Of a DNA stretch of 64,000 nt, positions 16,940 to 26,983 are shown one piece after another. The translations under genes were made by a program, and so were the position numbers. Position 1 is the stretch's first letter. Every line of letters begins with the position of its first letter. The stretch is from a virus (taxonomy: Duplodnaviria > Caudoviricetes), in the IMG/VR virus record IMGVR_UViG_3300014091_000001, positions 22,392 through 86,391 of that record. The stretch is one strand, 5' to 3'. The notes beneath the pieces were generated by a model. That model searched no databases. It was not told the origin of the DNA and saw nothing but the letters and a program-made list of their open reading frames with translations.

Positions 16940-18081
16940 TGGCTCCCGGCCTCGTTTAGGGCATAAGAAATTCGTGCGTCAGATATTGCAACGTAGTGGG
17001 GTTCCCGCTCTATGCCGGTAAAGTCAAAGCCGCCCTGGACGGCGCCAACTCCCGTTGAACCGCTACCCGTAAAAGGATCGAGAACATGGCCGCCTGCGGG
17101 CGTGATAAGCCGTATCAGATACAGCATTAGGTTGACCGGCTTTACGGTTGGATGGTTATTGCCGCTGGTGGCTGTGTTCTCAATCTGGCGAAGCGTTGAA
17201 CCATGTGAAAATTGCGGACCTGGGCTTTTCAATCCTCGATGCCGCTCGGAAGGGGAGGATTTTGCGCAATAGAAGAATCGTGCGGCGCTGCCCTTGTCGC
17301 CATGATGTAAGGTTCCTACGCGCTTGCGCATGTTCAATACCTGACCAGTAGCCGCTGCGGAAGGCTCGTTACCGGTCACGGGGGCAAGAGCACCAGCTTG
17401 TGCCGGGAATAGACTGGTTACAGGCTCACTACCATCATGAATAAGGTTTGCTGGCCATCGCCCCGCTGACTGCGCATCGACACTCCCTTTACTGATTCGG
17501 CAAGCATCAATATTTAGCGCTCCGGTTCCATACCGTCGCATGTTCTCTGCAACGGTGCCTTTAAAGGGCTTCCGTGCGACGGTAATAGGCTCCAGTGCAG
17601 GTTTCAACGCAGTGCCCCAGCCTTTCAGTTCATCTTTCAGGTTAAGTGACTTAGGGAAGCCACTACCGTAAATCCATGCGAAAAGCGCATCGACAGAAAG
17701 TACCTGCGAGAAAAGTTTGATTTGGTCGGGATTGAGCGAGTTAAGAAAGTTTCTGAAAACCTCTTCGGTATCGTAAAGCGACGCCATCATATCGCGCAGC
17801 TCAAAACCTGCATCCTCTATACGAACGGCCATTCGGTGTTGGGTGCGCGTTCCTGCAAAAGCCAGCAAGTGTCCACCTGGTTTCAAGACGCGCAAGCATT
17901 CCGCCCATATTTCCGTAGTCGGCACGTCGTAGTCCCATTTCTTACCCATAAACGACAGACCGTAAGGAGGATCGGTAACTATGGAATCAAAGGTGTTGTC
18001 TGGCAGAGTTTTTAATACGTCCAGGCAGTCACCGGTAAATAGGCGAGTTTTAACGCTCACATTCACCTCCCAGCGCCTCAA
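16936..18081 (-). CDS. Amino-MTase (N6-A/N4-C, beta class)
   Basis: DSIVTDPPYG, HPTVKPVNLMLYL, VLDPFTGSGSTG, IERE. Confidence 0.9.
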   Translation of the reverse strand: MRRWEVNVSVKTRLFTGDCLDVLKTLPDNTFDSIVTDPPYGLSFMGKKWDYDVPTTEIWAECLRVLKPGGHLLAFAGTRTQHRMAVRIEDAGFELRDMMASLYDTEEVFRNFLNSLNPDQIKLFSQVLSVDALFAWIYGSGFPKSLNLKDELKGWGTALKPALEPITVARKPFKGTVAENMRRYGTGALNIDACRISKGSVDAQSAGRWPANLIHDGSEPVTSLFPAQAGALAPVTGNEPSAAATGQVLNMRKRVGTLHHGDKGSAARFFYCAKSSPSERHRGLKSPGPQFSHGSTLRQIENTATSGNNHPTVKPVNLMLYLIRLITPAGGHVLDPFTGSGSTGVGAVQGGFDFTGIEREPHYVAISDARISYALNEAGSQ

Positions 18082-18958
18082 TTAATGAGGCCACCAGCGC
18101 GCTAAACTCCGCTTTAAAGAGAATAAAATCAGCGACGATGCGTGAGTGGATATCTTCACGCTCAATGTCGTCATTCTGGTCGCGAAGTTCGTCGGCGTAA
18201 TGCACCGCCTTAATCGTCATATCGTCGGCAAGACGGAAAGTAATGCGTGATTGCCAGTCCAGCGAAAGCGTGGTTGCCACCTTGCCAGCCTCAATATGAG
18301 TTGCTATTTCATCAGTGAAAAGATCCTGCTTGCTGACGCGTAACGCCCCACCAGCCTCTAATATCGCTTTCAGTACAGCCTCTGTTCCCACGCCGTAACC
18401 AGCGGGCATTTGATTGGTTTTCAGCCAATCTGTAATGGTTAATTCAATGGGGGTTTCCATCGTCAGTGGTACAACCGGCAATGAGCCGAGGGTTTTACGC
18501 AATAACGCGAGTAAATCTTCGGCGGCACGGGCGCTGGAGGCTTCAACGTAAACCAGCTGGCGTTCGATATCGATCCAGAGGTAATTGCATACAGATTTGG
18601 TAAACGCGCGGGGAAGTAGTGAGTGCAACACTTCATCCTTGAGGCTAACACGCTCAGCGCGGCGTACTTTCCGTCCCTGGTCCGCTTCAATTGCAGCTAT
18701 ACGTTCCGCTACGGCCTCGTTTACTACGGCTGGTGGCAGGATTTTGAACTGGTGCTGACAGCACAACAGGACACTGCGCTCATGCTCAATGAAAAGGCCT
18801 TCTGGCGTAACGTTTACCCAACCTCTGCGGCCCATATCCTGTGAACCGCAAGGGGTAAAGATGTACGGTGTCAGTTGTTCCGTAAGCTTTTCTTTGTCCA
18901 GCGTAAATTGACGGGACAGTCGGTAAATACAGACGTTTTTAAGAAACGGTGTTTTCAT
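18050..18958 (-). CDS. rdgC: Recombination-associated protein RdgC (P1 HrdC)
   Basis: FLKNVCIYRL, FTPCGSQD, ILPPAVV, SLLPRAF, LLRKTLGSLP, EIATHIEAGK motifs. Confidence 0.93.
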   Translation of the reverse strand: MKTPFLKNVCIYRLSRQFTLDKEKLTEQLTPYIFTPCGSQDMGRRGWVNVTPEGLFIEHERSVLLCCQHQFKILPPAVVNEAVAERIAAIEADQGRKVRRAERVSLKDEVLHSLLPRAFTKSVCNYLWIDIERQLVYVEASSARAAEDLLALLRKTLGSLPVVPLTMETPIELTITDWLKTNQMPAGYGVGTEAVLKAILEAGGALRVSKQDLFTDEIATHIEAGKVATTLSLDWQSRITFRLADDMTIKAVHYADELRDQNDDIEREDIHSRIVADFILFKAEFSALVASLIEALGGECER

Positions 18959-19022
18959 TACAAATTACCCAATACACATGTTCAGGGTAATTTAACAAAT
19001 GTTCCTTAGAATTACTGTTATT

Positions 19023-19679
19023 TTATTTCGAAAAAGCAACCGATGTTGCCTTACCCGTGAGTGGGCCTGCGGCTTCAAAGTCCAGTTTCGCACCGGCTTT
19101 CATCCCCATTTCTGCGCCGGATTCAAATAGGATCTTGCCGCCTGCTTTGGCGATGATATCTCCGGCCATATGAAGTAATAAATTACCCGGCCCTATGAGA
19201 TACATTTCCCCGGCCTCGTTAATTCCAACTCGCGCACCAGCGGCGGTATTGGCTATCTCATAACCCCCACCAGCGGTGCGAACCTCAAGAAGGTTGTTTC
19301 GATGGACAACGAAGTCCTCTGACGAGGCTATTTTCGGGCGCGCCGGGGCTCCTTCGATTTCGCCCGGCGTCCACGGCTCTCCCTGCCCGGATACTTCCGG
19401 CGCAACGTTAGGTACACCGCCTGGAGCGTCCTGTGCCCCGCCCACGATCAGCGGCCTGCGCGTATCTGGTTTTCCCCGGGCATCGGTGTACGGAAATTCC
19501 ACCCATACCAGATCGCCGGTTTTGGTGGGTGTAAATGCGTTACCGATCCCCAGCATGTATTCGGCCCATGGCAGACTTTCATCGGGTACGGCATTCCAGT
19601 CCGGCAATAATCGAACCTGCGCGCGCACCAGTCCGCCAGGGTGTTTGGTTCCTACTATTAAAGCGCGGCACTTACTCAA
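19023..19679 (-). CDS. gp5: Baseplate spike protein (P1 gp5-like, OB-fold)
   Basis: VRAQVRLLPDW, LPWAEY, GDLVWVEFP..GDTRRP-type motif, C-terminal beta repeats; synteny 5-6-24-7-25-26. Confidence 0.75.
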   Translation of the reverse strand: MSKCRALIVGTKHPGGLVRAQVRLLPDWNAVPDESLPWAEYMLGIGNAFTPTKTGDLVWVEFPYTDARGKPDTRRPLIVGGAQDAPGGVPNVAPEVSGQGEPWTPGEIEGAPARPKIASSEDFVVHRNNLLEVRTAGGGYEIANTAAGARVGINEAGEMYLIGPGNLLLHMAGDIIAKAGGKILFESGAEMGMKAGAKLDFEAAGPLTGKATSVAFSK

Positions 19680-20661
19680 TGTTTGGCACTCCCAAAATCA
19701 TGCGCGTGGTATATGAAATACGGTCCTCAAAATGGGCCACACGCTCAACGATAAAGTTCTTTGGTAGTGACTCATCTACTCGATTCTGGTTGTCGTAGCG
19801 ATGAATCAACACTCCGATCACCATGCCAGCGGTGATATCCGGGTTTCCGGTGGCTTCAATGTCCAGTTTTGGTATAAGGATCTGCTGCATGTTTTTTAGT
19901 GTGGACATATCCGCATCTGAGACATATTTAACCGGCAGCGCCGCATCCCCAGCTTCCAGATACCCGTCAGTCATTGAATACCCAACAAACCGGTATTGGC
20001 GGCTTTCAGTGGTAGCAAAATCATTGTTCAGATTCTGCAATCGGCTGATCGTGTAGTTTGCTGCTGGGTTGTTCGCCTCATAAATATATGCAGCTTTGGT
20101 TTTAATGAGTCGGGACATTTCTTTCACACAAAATTTGCCACGCGCCATCCATACCAAAGCGCCGTTATCGCTCGCCATTTGACTTAAAACCAGTGACGGC
20201 TTTTCACCCATGTTTAGGTGATACGTGCTCGCTTTTTTGAATGAATCTGCATCGACAGTCATTCCATCCGCTAACTCACGTAAAATGTCTCCTGGTTGTC
20301 TATTGGCATAAAGCCGCGCCGCTGCAGTTGGGGTTTTCAGGCGCTTTAAATCTGCGCTAACGGCGGTGATCTGAATAACATCACCCCTGGCTGGTGCAGA
20401 CGTCACAAAAAAGGTCTCTTTGATAGTTCCGCGAGTGCCGGTGGGGTCGCCGAACTCGGCCACAAGCGAGGAACCATAACGTGCATGAAAATCATCAGTA
20501 ATTGAGCCCGTTGCATCCCTAACCTCAAGGCGTATCAGAGGGCCGGTAAGCCGGGTTTTTTCGATGTACAACGTACTGTTTACCCATTCGCGCGGTATGA
20601 CCTGGCCATTAAGTGTGGCTGACTGCAAAAAGTATTGCTGGAGCTGTGCCATATCTATCAC
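19672..20661 (-). CDS. gp6: Baseplate hub/tail protein (P1 gp6-like)
   Basis: 329 aa, GEKPSLVLSQMA, GNPDITAG, VERVAHFE; synteny. Confidence 0.7.
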   Translation of the reverse strand: MIDMAQLQQYFLQSATLNGQVIPREWVNSTLYIEKTRLTGPLIRLEVRDATGSITDDFHARYGSSLVAEFGDPTGTRGTIKETFFVTSAPARGDVIQITAVSADLKRLKTPTAAARLYANRQPGDILRELADGMTVDADSFKKASTYHLNMGEKPSLVLSQMASDNGALVWMARGKFCVKEMSRLIKTKAAYIYEANNPAANYTISRLQNLNNDFATTESRQYRFVGYSMTDGYLEAGDAALPVKYVSDADMSTLKNMQQILIPKLDIEATGNPDITAGMVIGVLIHRYDNQNRVDESLPKNFIVERVAHFEDRISYTTRMILGVPNIE

Positions 20662-21422
20662 TCCATCATTGTGCCGGATGTTTCAAAACGGATGCGCTTG
20701 GCATCCACTTCCCAGGCGATATAAACATCTGCCATAACAGTGATCATTGCCTGGGCGGCAAAAACGCGATTTTCTGTAAGCGGAGGTGAAATATCGGTAA
20801 ATCCGGTGCTTTTTGCTTCGGTTATGCAGCAATCTATTTCCGCCTGGACATTAAGGAGCGTCTCGAAGGCTTTAAAGCTGGTGTTAGACAGGAATTGCAT
20901 ATCACCGGCAAAGGCATTGCACATCAGGCCCAAGGTCGTTTTTTCTGCGGAAATGAATGAGATGTTATATGTGAGAGTGGCTTTGGTGATTTCCAGCTCG
21001 GCGACAGGCGTAAAATTGTCTTCCGCATACAGCATTCCAGCATTACGACGGTTGCGCTGGTTATCGTTGCTTTCATAGGCCAAATCAAACGAGCGGGAGA
21101 CATTCACTACCGGCAGCGCGTCACGGTTAACAATCACCTTTTTAGGCACCCGGTTACGTCCGGCAGCTGCACGGCGTAGCGCCGCCAGGAATTCAACCAC
21201 TGAATCATATTGACCGACGAAAACTCGCTCATCCGGCTCGCGGGCGAGAAAGGACGCAAATCGTGCTCTTGCCGGATCAGGATGCGTCACAACAACACGG
21301 CTAAAAGTAGCATCAATTTTTGATGCGACGGCTTTATCAACAGCTGAAAATCCCGTCACTTCAAACTTACCTGTTCGCGTTAATTCCCATTCACGATGGC
21401 GCGCAAGTAGCTCTTTATTCAC
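20658..21422 (-). CDS. gp24: P1 gp24-like tail completion protein
   Basis: GTG at 21422 overlaps the gp7 stop; LPVVNVSRS motif; synteny. Confidence 0.65.
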   Translation of the reverse strand: MNKELLARHREWELTRTGKFEVTGFSAVDKAVASKIDATFSRVVVTHPDPARARFASFLAREPDERVFVGQYDSVVEFLAALRRAAAGRNRVPKKVIVNRDALPVVNVSRSFDLAYESNDNQRNRRNAGMLYAEDNFTPVAELEITKATLTYNISFISAEKTTLGLMCNAFAGDMQFLSNTSFKAFETLLNVQAEIDCCITEAKSTGFTDISPPLTENRVFAAQAMITVMADVYIAWEVDAKRIRFETSGTMME

Positions 21423-22156
21423 TTCACTATCCCTCCCTCGGTTGAATCCAGGTTGCGCGCAGGTATGCAGTAATACAGCGAACCGACATGCTGAGTACCA
21501 AAACTGAAAATACGATGCACATACCACCAGCGTTGCGCCAGGTTGCCGGAAGCCATTTCCTCATTCCAGGTAAGGATCGAGCCGACACAAACCCCTTCGG
21601 CAGCGATGCGTAACAACTGAATTTCTTCGGCAAGTCCGTCCTGTTCACCGTCAACGTCTACAGCCTGAAATGAGTCCCGTTCATCAGGGCAATCAACTAC
21701 TTTTACTTTGATGGGTTCCAGGTAACGTAAATCGCGCTGGTTATTACTGATTTCAGTGAAAGATGGACCTTCCAGCCCTGTATCATCATCAATCTCACCA
21801 ACGTCTTCAGGGTCGGGCCGGAATAGAAGTGCGTCGAAATTGTCCGGGTCCATTTCAATCACTCTGATCCAGTCTTTGCGGACCATCGCGTTTAGCGGCG
21901 CATGCCCTTTAAATCGTGGTTTTAAGCTGGTGTCCTGCTCGCGTGAGGCAAGATCCGTAGGCAAACTTGCGCTATCAGGCTCGGCATCGTTATCGTCAGC
22001 AACGGCGTCCTGTTCCGGCTCGTTGTCGATGTGTGGCGGCGGGGAAACTTCCGCGTCCAAATCGATTATCTTTTCTTGTGGGGATTGTTCTGGCTGCGGC
22101 TGGGCGACAACGGGTTTATCCTCGTCGTCATACCACTCGTCGTAGGGTCCGGTCAT
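21419..22156 (-). CDS. gp7: P1 gp7-like tail stability protein
   Basis: Acidic N-terminus, RKDWIRVIE, RWWYVHRIF..G...GSLYYCIP; synteny. Confidence 0.7.
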   Translation of the reverse strand: MTGPYDEWYDDEDKPVVAQPQPEQSPQEKIIDLDAEVSPPPHIDNEPEQDAVADDNDAEPDSASLPTDLASREQDTSLKPRFKGHAPLNAMVRKDWIRVIEMDPDNFDALLFRPDPEDVGEIDDDTGLEGPSFTEISNNQRDLRYLEPIKVKVVDCPDERDSFQAVDVDGEQDGLAEEIQLLRIAAEGVCVGSILTWNEEMASGNLAQRWWYVHRIFSFGTQHVGSLYYCIPARNLDSTEGGIVK

Positions 22157-23358
22157 TGTGAATTACCTTTGTTTTTCACGTATTCAATAAAGCGCTTATC
22201 CGCCTCAGTGCGGGAAACCCCCATCGCCACCAGCGCATCGGTAAAGGCTTGTTTTTGCACTTTGAACTGATCAGCTAATTGCTGCTGTAGCAACTTGCTT
22301 TTCTCTTTTTCCTGTTTGAGTTTCTTCTCTTTCTCGGCTGCGCGGGCGCGCTGAGATGCGCTCATTTTTTTGGCTTTAACAAGCTGCTTGCTCAGCTGGT
22401 CCAGCTTCTTAGCGTCTCGACCAATCTGTTTACCCAACGCCAGCTGGCGCTTCTGATAGCGCTCAAACTCGACTTTAGCGGCGTTTTTATTGGTCAAAGA
22501 ACTGCGATTCTTTCCAAACAGCTTGCGATCTTCATCAGTGAAATGCTGTGTGGTACGACGGCGATCGTCACCAAAAGCTACGCGGGCCGCCGCTTTCAAC
22601 ATTGCTTTGCCGATAACCATTTGCCAGCTGGTGGATTGAAGGCGCGTCATGGCATGGATCACATGCTTGCATGCGACACCACTGAGGTTAGGGTTTCGGA
22701 TTTTCGGAAAGGCATATTCTTTCGGCGGGGCCAGGGCGAAATTCCCTGCTGTAGCAATATAGCGGTACCAGTATTGATGGCGTCCGCAATCGCAATCAAA
22801 AGAGATACGACCGGCACAAAGTCGCTTAGCTACCTTAATGGCGTTCTTTTCATCGCTCAGGTCGTCGATGAGCTCGTCCCATTCTTCGAAGCGAACCTTG
22901 ACGCGGTGATGTTGGTCCTCACTCCGTTCGGAGGCCTCCACACTTACTGAAATGATATTGTGTTTAAGTGCCGATGGCGTTGCCCGCTTAATGCCAGAAC
23001 CGTCGTCTACTTTGTTGTTGGCGCGTTTTATATCAATATCGAGACTCGCGGCCACAAGTTGAGCATACGTGATCCCCGCCACGCCAGAATTGAATTGCTG
23101 GCGCGCTTGCTTTCGCTGATTGGTGAAGTTCTTCAGGTCGTCTTCGGTAAAAAAGGTGCCGTCTTTCTTTTTCTTGCCCAGCGCAATAATGTCGTCAGCT
23201 GATTTATTTTTAAGCGTAAGCGGGGTAAGTGTGCGACGCGCGGCGCGGCGCTTTCGGCGTTTGTCGTCCTCAATCTGATTGAAGAGACGCTCGAACTGCT
23301 TTGAAGACAAGCCTTCTGTCAGATAGCGCCCGTTGCTGGCGCGGAGGAACTCAGCCAC
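22153..23358 (-). CDS. gp25: P1 gp25-like protein with SWIM-type CxC...CxH motif
   Basis: FDCDCGRHQYWYRYIAT...PKIRNPNLSGVACKHVI. Confidence 0.75.
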   Translation of the reverse strand: MAEFLRASNGRYLTEGLSSKQFERLFNQIEDDKRRKRRAARRTLTPLTLKNKSADDIIALGKKKKDGTFFTEDDLKNFTNQRKQARQQFNSGVAGITYAQLVAASLDIDIKRANNKVDDGSGIKRATPSALKHNIISVSVEASERSEDQHHRVKVRFEEWDELIDDLSDEKNAIKVAKRLCAGRISFDCDCGRHQYWYRYIATAGNFALAPPKEYAFPKIRNPNLSGVACKHVIHAMTRLQSTSWQMVIGKAMLKAAARVAFGDDRRRTTQHFTDEDRKLFGKNRSSLTNKNAAKVEFERYQKRQLALGKQIGRDAKKLDQLSKQLVKAKKMSASQRARAAEKEKKLKQEKEKSKLLQQQLADQFKVQKQAFTDALVAMGVSRTEADKRFIEYVKNKGNSQ

Positions 23359-23677
23359 TTATCAACTCCGGGGCGCCGGAATAATCGCGCATACGGTCCC
23401 GCAACCACGTTAACGAGGGCAGAGTGAGCGTTTTGCCTACTGGCATAGATTCTGTTTCTGATTCGTGGCCTACCAATAGTCGGAAAACCCAGCGTAAATC
23501 TGCATTTTCATAGGCTCTGTGAGCGGCCAGGTCGGAACGTTGTGCCTCATCAGGCTTAATGGTGTATGGGAAATTATCAACGTTAAAGCTGGTGGCCCGC
23601 GCGATCACTTCTTGATGGAAAAGCGCCAGTAATACAGCGTCCTCAATTGTACGATCATCCAGTCGGTTGTAACTCAA
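23351..23677 (-). CDS. gp26: P1 gp26-like baseplate protein (LysM/gpX-like)
   Basis: YTIKPDEAQRSDLAAHRAY...LRWVF...GKTLTLPS; synteny. Confidence 0.7.
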   Translation of the reverse strand: MSYNRLDDRTIEDAVLLALFHQEVIARATSFNVDNFPYTIKPDEAQRSDLAAHRAYENADLRWVFRLLVGHESETESMPVGKTLTLPSLTWLRDRMRDYSGAPELISG

Positions 23678-24330
23678 AGCACCACCTCATCATCGCTGAT
23701 ACGGGTGCCTGCCAACGTTTCAGGTACTGCAGCGGAACTAACTTTGTGCTGGTGACTAACGATTTTTGCAAAGACACCCAAAAGACCATTTTTTGATTCG
23801 TCTTCAACGGTACCCGTCATTGCGGCAATATAATCTGCGGAGGCAACAGGATGGTAGATCGTTGCAAAACAGCAAAGGATTGTGAGGACATGCTCAGGAC
23901 GAATATCCGGCCAGTTGATTCGGTAGACCTCTTCGCCTTTAGCGTTGAATTCAACTTCAACAATGTTTGCAGGAATGTCATATGCCCCGGAATTTTTTGG
24001 GGGTAGTGAAATGGTTTTCTGACGCCGCATTTCATTGTACCGCTCGATACCCACCACAACGGCGGCACGTCCATCAGTAAATCGCGATTTCAGGGAAACA
24101 TGATTAGCGCCAGAAGCTGCTGAAATGGCTCCGCTAATCTCATCCACCAGCACCTTAAACCCGTTTTTGCGTAGGGTATCGATGGCAGGGGTAAGTTTTG
24201 TACGCTGATTTTCCAGGTTGGCCGGTAGGCTCTTAGGGGCAGACATGATCAGGTTGTCGCCTTTCAGAACGGCGGTGACATACATAGGCCTGTCAGTCGT
24301 TAGCGTAATTACGGCGATTTTCTGGTCCAT
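23674..24330 (-). CDS. pmgR: P1 PmgR-like morphogenetic protein
   Basis: MDQKIAV..., INWPDI..EHVLTILCCFAT..VASADYIAAM recalls the P1 protein; symbol assignment is from memory. Confidence 0.55.
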   Translation of the reverse strand: MDQKIAVITLTTDRPMYVTAVLKGDNLIMSAPKSLPANLENQRTKLTPAIDTLRKNGFKVLVDEISGAISAASGANHVSLKSRFTDGRAAVVVGIERYNEMRRQKTISLPPKNSGAYDIPANIVEVEFNAKGEEVYRINWPDIRPEHVLTILCCFATIYHPVASADYIAAMTGTVEDESKNGLLGVFAKIVSHQHKVSSAAVPETLAGTRISDDEVVL

Positions 24331-24455
24331 TTTCTGTTCCTTTAAAAAGCAAAAAGGCCGCTAATGCGGCCCCTTGCTGGCTATTGGTTCCCGTCCGCGC
24401 TTAGCAGGAAGTTAATTTGTCAAAAGTACCCTCAAGGGTTCCAATGGCTGCGAAG

Positions 24456-24477
24456 ACTTTAAGCGGTTTGTACTTTG
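24456..24477 (-). promoter_or_regulatory. Candidate late promoter (CAAAGTACAAA-N5-TAAAGT) for the tail operon
   Basis: Same consensus as 552-573 and 12157-12178. Confidence 0.55.
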
Positions 24478-24555
24478 TGTTTTCATCGGTCAATAAATTT
24501 TTGTCATTTTATTTTTCGTTATCTTGATTAGCGCTTATCAACGCATCCCGGGCCA

Positions 24556-25137
24556 TTACGCGGCATCCAGAGTCAATCCTGCCTGTTCATAAGCTACCTG
24601 CAATAACTCTTCCTCACTGGCATTAAGGGCTGTAAACATCGCTTTCCCACCTGTACTCCCGCAGGCATGGACAGGTACAAGCCATGGAAACCGATCACGT
24701 ATGTCCTGGGGGGCCGCTTCCTGGTGATGCCAGCTGCAAATCGGCAGTACCCGACCGTGGGCGCCGGGTTTTACGCGCCCATCTATATGATGCAGGCTGA
24801 TCACAGGCTGAAACTGTCCGTGCAGCGAGCAGGCGACACAGGGCAGGCGGGCGAGGGCATCCATAACACGCTTTTCAGCGGCAGTAGGAGTGCGGCCTTT
24901 AAGCCCACGCCCACGGCTGGTTTTTTTGCGCCGACCGGCTACAACGGCATTTTTGGGCTTTAACGCTGCTTCACGCCTCTTTTCCCGTTGGCGCTCTCGC
25001 TGCCGCTCTGCTGCAGCCTGGCGTTTTTCCTTTTGATGTTGCTGATAAGCCGGGTCAGCCATTTTGGCTTTTGCACGTTCACGCTGGCGCTCTGCTGCGC
25101 AGCGTTGCTTTTCGTATCTTTCATTCGTTGCGTCCAT
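24556..25137 (-). CDS. ref: Ref, RecA-dependent HNH nuclease (recombination enhancement function)
   Basis: Basic N-terminus, GLKGRTPTAAE, LPCVAC, SLHHIDGR, LPICSWHHQ, PWLVPVH. Start moved to ATG 25137. Confidence 0.92.
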   Translation of the reverse strand: MDATNERYEKQRCAAERQRERAKAKMADPAYQQHQKEKRQAAAERQRERQREKRREAALKPKNAVVAGRRKKTSRGRGLKGRTPTAAEKRVMDALARLPCVACSLHGQFQPVISLHHIDGRVKPGAHGRVLPICSWHHQEAAPQDIRDRFPWLVPVHACGSTGGKAMFTALNASEEELLQVAYEQAGLTLDAA

Positions 25138-25310
25138 TTGCCTACACCCAATAAAAAATATCCTTAGATTTTTGATCACTTTATCTATAGCAGTAAAGCG
25201 ATACATGTTTATCCAAGTCATAAATACAAATTATAAAAATAATATTTCCTTAGAATCTCTCTATCTGTATTATGGAAAAAATTAAGGGATTGAGTTGATA
25301 GGGGAAAACC

Positions 25311-25781
25311 TTGCCAGACATTATCTGCTTTGATTTGTGCGACACGCTTGCCGACACAAGCCACCGTACCCATCTGATACCACCAGCGAGCATCGCGCAC
25401 CATGCCTCAAGCTGGGACCGGTTTAGCCTTGCCTGCGGCGGCGACGCACCTATAACCGCCACCATTCGCTTGCTGGTGGCACTGAGTGAGAAGTTCAGGA
25501 TCTTCATCTGGACAAGTCGCGGAGATATTGCCCGGGCTGAAACGGTCGCATGGCTGGAACGGTACGGCGTACCTTACGACCGTTTGATTATGCGCGGCCC
25601 GGATGAACACCGTAAGCCGGAAGATGTAAAAGCCGACTGGCTACGGGCGATAGGACCAGAGCACATTTGTTGCGCGTTTGATGATAACGACGATGTGGTG
25701 CGCATGCTGCGCAGCATGGGAATTACCTGTCTCCAGGTAGCAGATTTCAGGCCTCTTGTTTACAGCCAGGAGGCACTATGA
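25311..25781 (+). CDS. pap: HAD-family phosphatase (P1 Pap / PNK 3'-phosphatase-like)
   Basis: FDLCDTL (second Asp of the DxDGT motif is replaced), WTSR, LIMRG..E.R, FDDNDDV. Confidence 0.8.
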   Translation: MPDIICFDLCDTLADTSHRTHLIPPASIAHHASSWDRFSLACGGDAPITATIRLLVALSEKFRIFIWTSRGDIARAETVAWLERYGVPYDRLIMRGPDEHRKPEDVKADWLRAIGPEHICCAFDDNDDVVRMLRSMGITCLQVADFRPLVYSQEAL

Positions 25782-26095
25782 ACCGCTTCAACGAATACGA
25801 TCACCTTCCTGACACTGCGATTAACTTCCGCCTATCCCGCCTCAAGGACATTACCGGCCCTGTGCCGAACTACTGCAATGACCCGGCCGCTGGGTGGGCG
25901 CTTATTTGCGAACATCGCCTGGACCTCGAATGGGGTAAGACCGGCATGACGCGCAGACAAGCAACTGTGTCAGCCCGCAAAAACGGGATAAGCACCTTTT
26001 ACAGCCATGAAAACCCGTTTCGAGCTGCAGCCATTGTAATGCTGAAACTGTGGAGCTGGCTTGAAAAACAAAAACTTAAAGGAAATACAGAATGA
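25778..26095 (+). CDS. NinX/DUF2591-like phage protein
   Basis: PNYCNDPAAGWALI...HENPFRAAAIV motif. Confidence 0.7.
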   Translation: MNRFNEYDHLPDTAINFRLSRLKDITGPVPNYCNDPAAGWALICEHRLDLEWGKTGMTRRQATVSARKNGISTFYSHENPFRAAAIVMLKLWSWLEKQKLKGNTE

Positions 26096-26445
26096 TTGCT
26101 TCACGACATGAGATCGCTTTTGAAATCCTGCGCACGATGAACACCTCAGATGTTATGTCTGTCCCGGATTTAACCCACAAAACCCGTAAATCCAACTCTA
26201 CGGTTGAGCTCATTATTGCTCCGTTACGTCGTGCAGGTTTAGTTACCAGCCAGCGCGGTCCTGGTGGGGGATACCGCCTGGCGCGGCCTCTTTCTGAAAT
26301 TTCTGTCCAGGATCTTCTTAGCGCATTAAGCACACCGGCTAACAAATCGCGAGCCCCAGGTTTACTTGCGGCCCTGATGCCGCAGATACGCACAACGCCC
26401 CTCTCAGACCTTGCCGAACGACTGGCATCGCCTTCCGCCATTTAA
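26092..26445 (+). CDS. Rrf2/IscR-like winged-HTH regulator, lacking Fe-S cysteines
   Basis: LRRAGLVTSQRGPGGGYRLARPLSEISVQDLL is the Rrf2 wing signature; no Cys in the protein. Confidence 0.8.
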   Translation: MIASRHEIAFEILRTMNTSDVMSVPDLTHKTRKSNSTVELIIAPLRRAGLVTSQRGPGGGYRLARPLSEISVQDLLSALSTPANKSRAPGLLAALMPQIRTTPLSDLAERLASPSAI

Positions 26446-26458
26446 CAAGGTACGCGTA

Positions 26459-26983
26459 ATGAAAACTCGTTCAATTGTATTCAGTGATTTGATGATCGAC
26501 GCCATCAAACTTGGCATTAAAAGTCAGACACGACGCGTCATTAAACAGAAACATATCGGAGACCTTCACCCGCAGGTAGCCGGTTCTGATTCTGAAAAGC
26601 CAATCATTATGCCTGCAGAGCCGGAGCAGGCCTCAATGCTTGGCTGGCTTTTAGCGAACAGCCCGTATGGCAAGGTTGGCGACCGCCTGACCTGTAACGA
26701 TCTGATACTGGAAATCACCGATTTGCGCATTCAGCGGGTGCGAGATATTAGTGCGCGCGACGCGGTGCGTGAGGGGCTACATACCTTACCTGCTTCCGGT
26801 CGATACTGCCTCCAGCCCGGCATGCAGTATTTTGGCGAGGCAAGTCATGACTCACGCGAAGTGTTTTCCTGGCTTTGGGACGATATAAACGGTGACGGCA
26901 GCTGGAACCAAAACCCTTGGGTTTTTGTGATCGAATTTCAGCGTGTTACCGGGAGCACCAGTGTTAAAGGCGGTGAGGCATGA
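26459..26983 (+). CDS. ASCH/PUA-like phage protein
   Basis: SIVFSDLMIDAIKLGIKSQTRRVIK...RIQRVRDIS..DA..EG...W..NPWVFVIEF. Confidence 0.65.
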   Translation: MKTRSIVFSDLMIDAIKLGIKSQTRRVIKQKHIGDLHPQVAGSDSEKPIIMPAEPEQASMLGWLLANSPYGKVGDRLTCNDLILEITDLRIQRVRDISARDAVREGLHTLPASGRYCLQPGMQYFGEASHDSREVFSWLWDDINGDGSWNQNPWVFVIEFQRVTGSTSVKGGEA

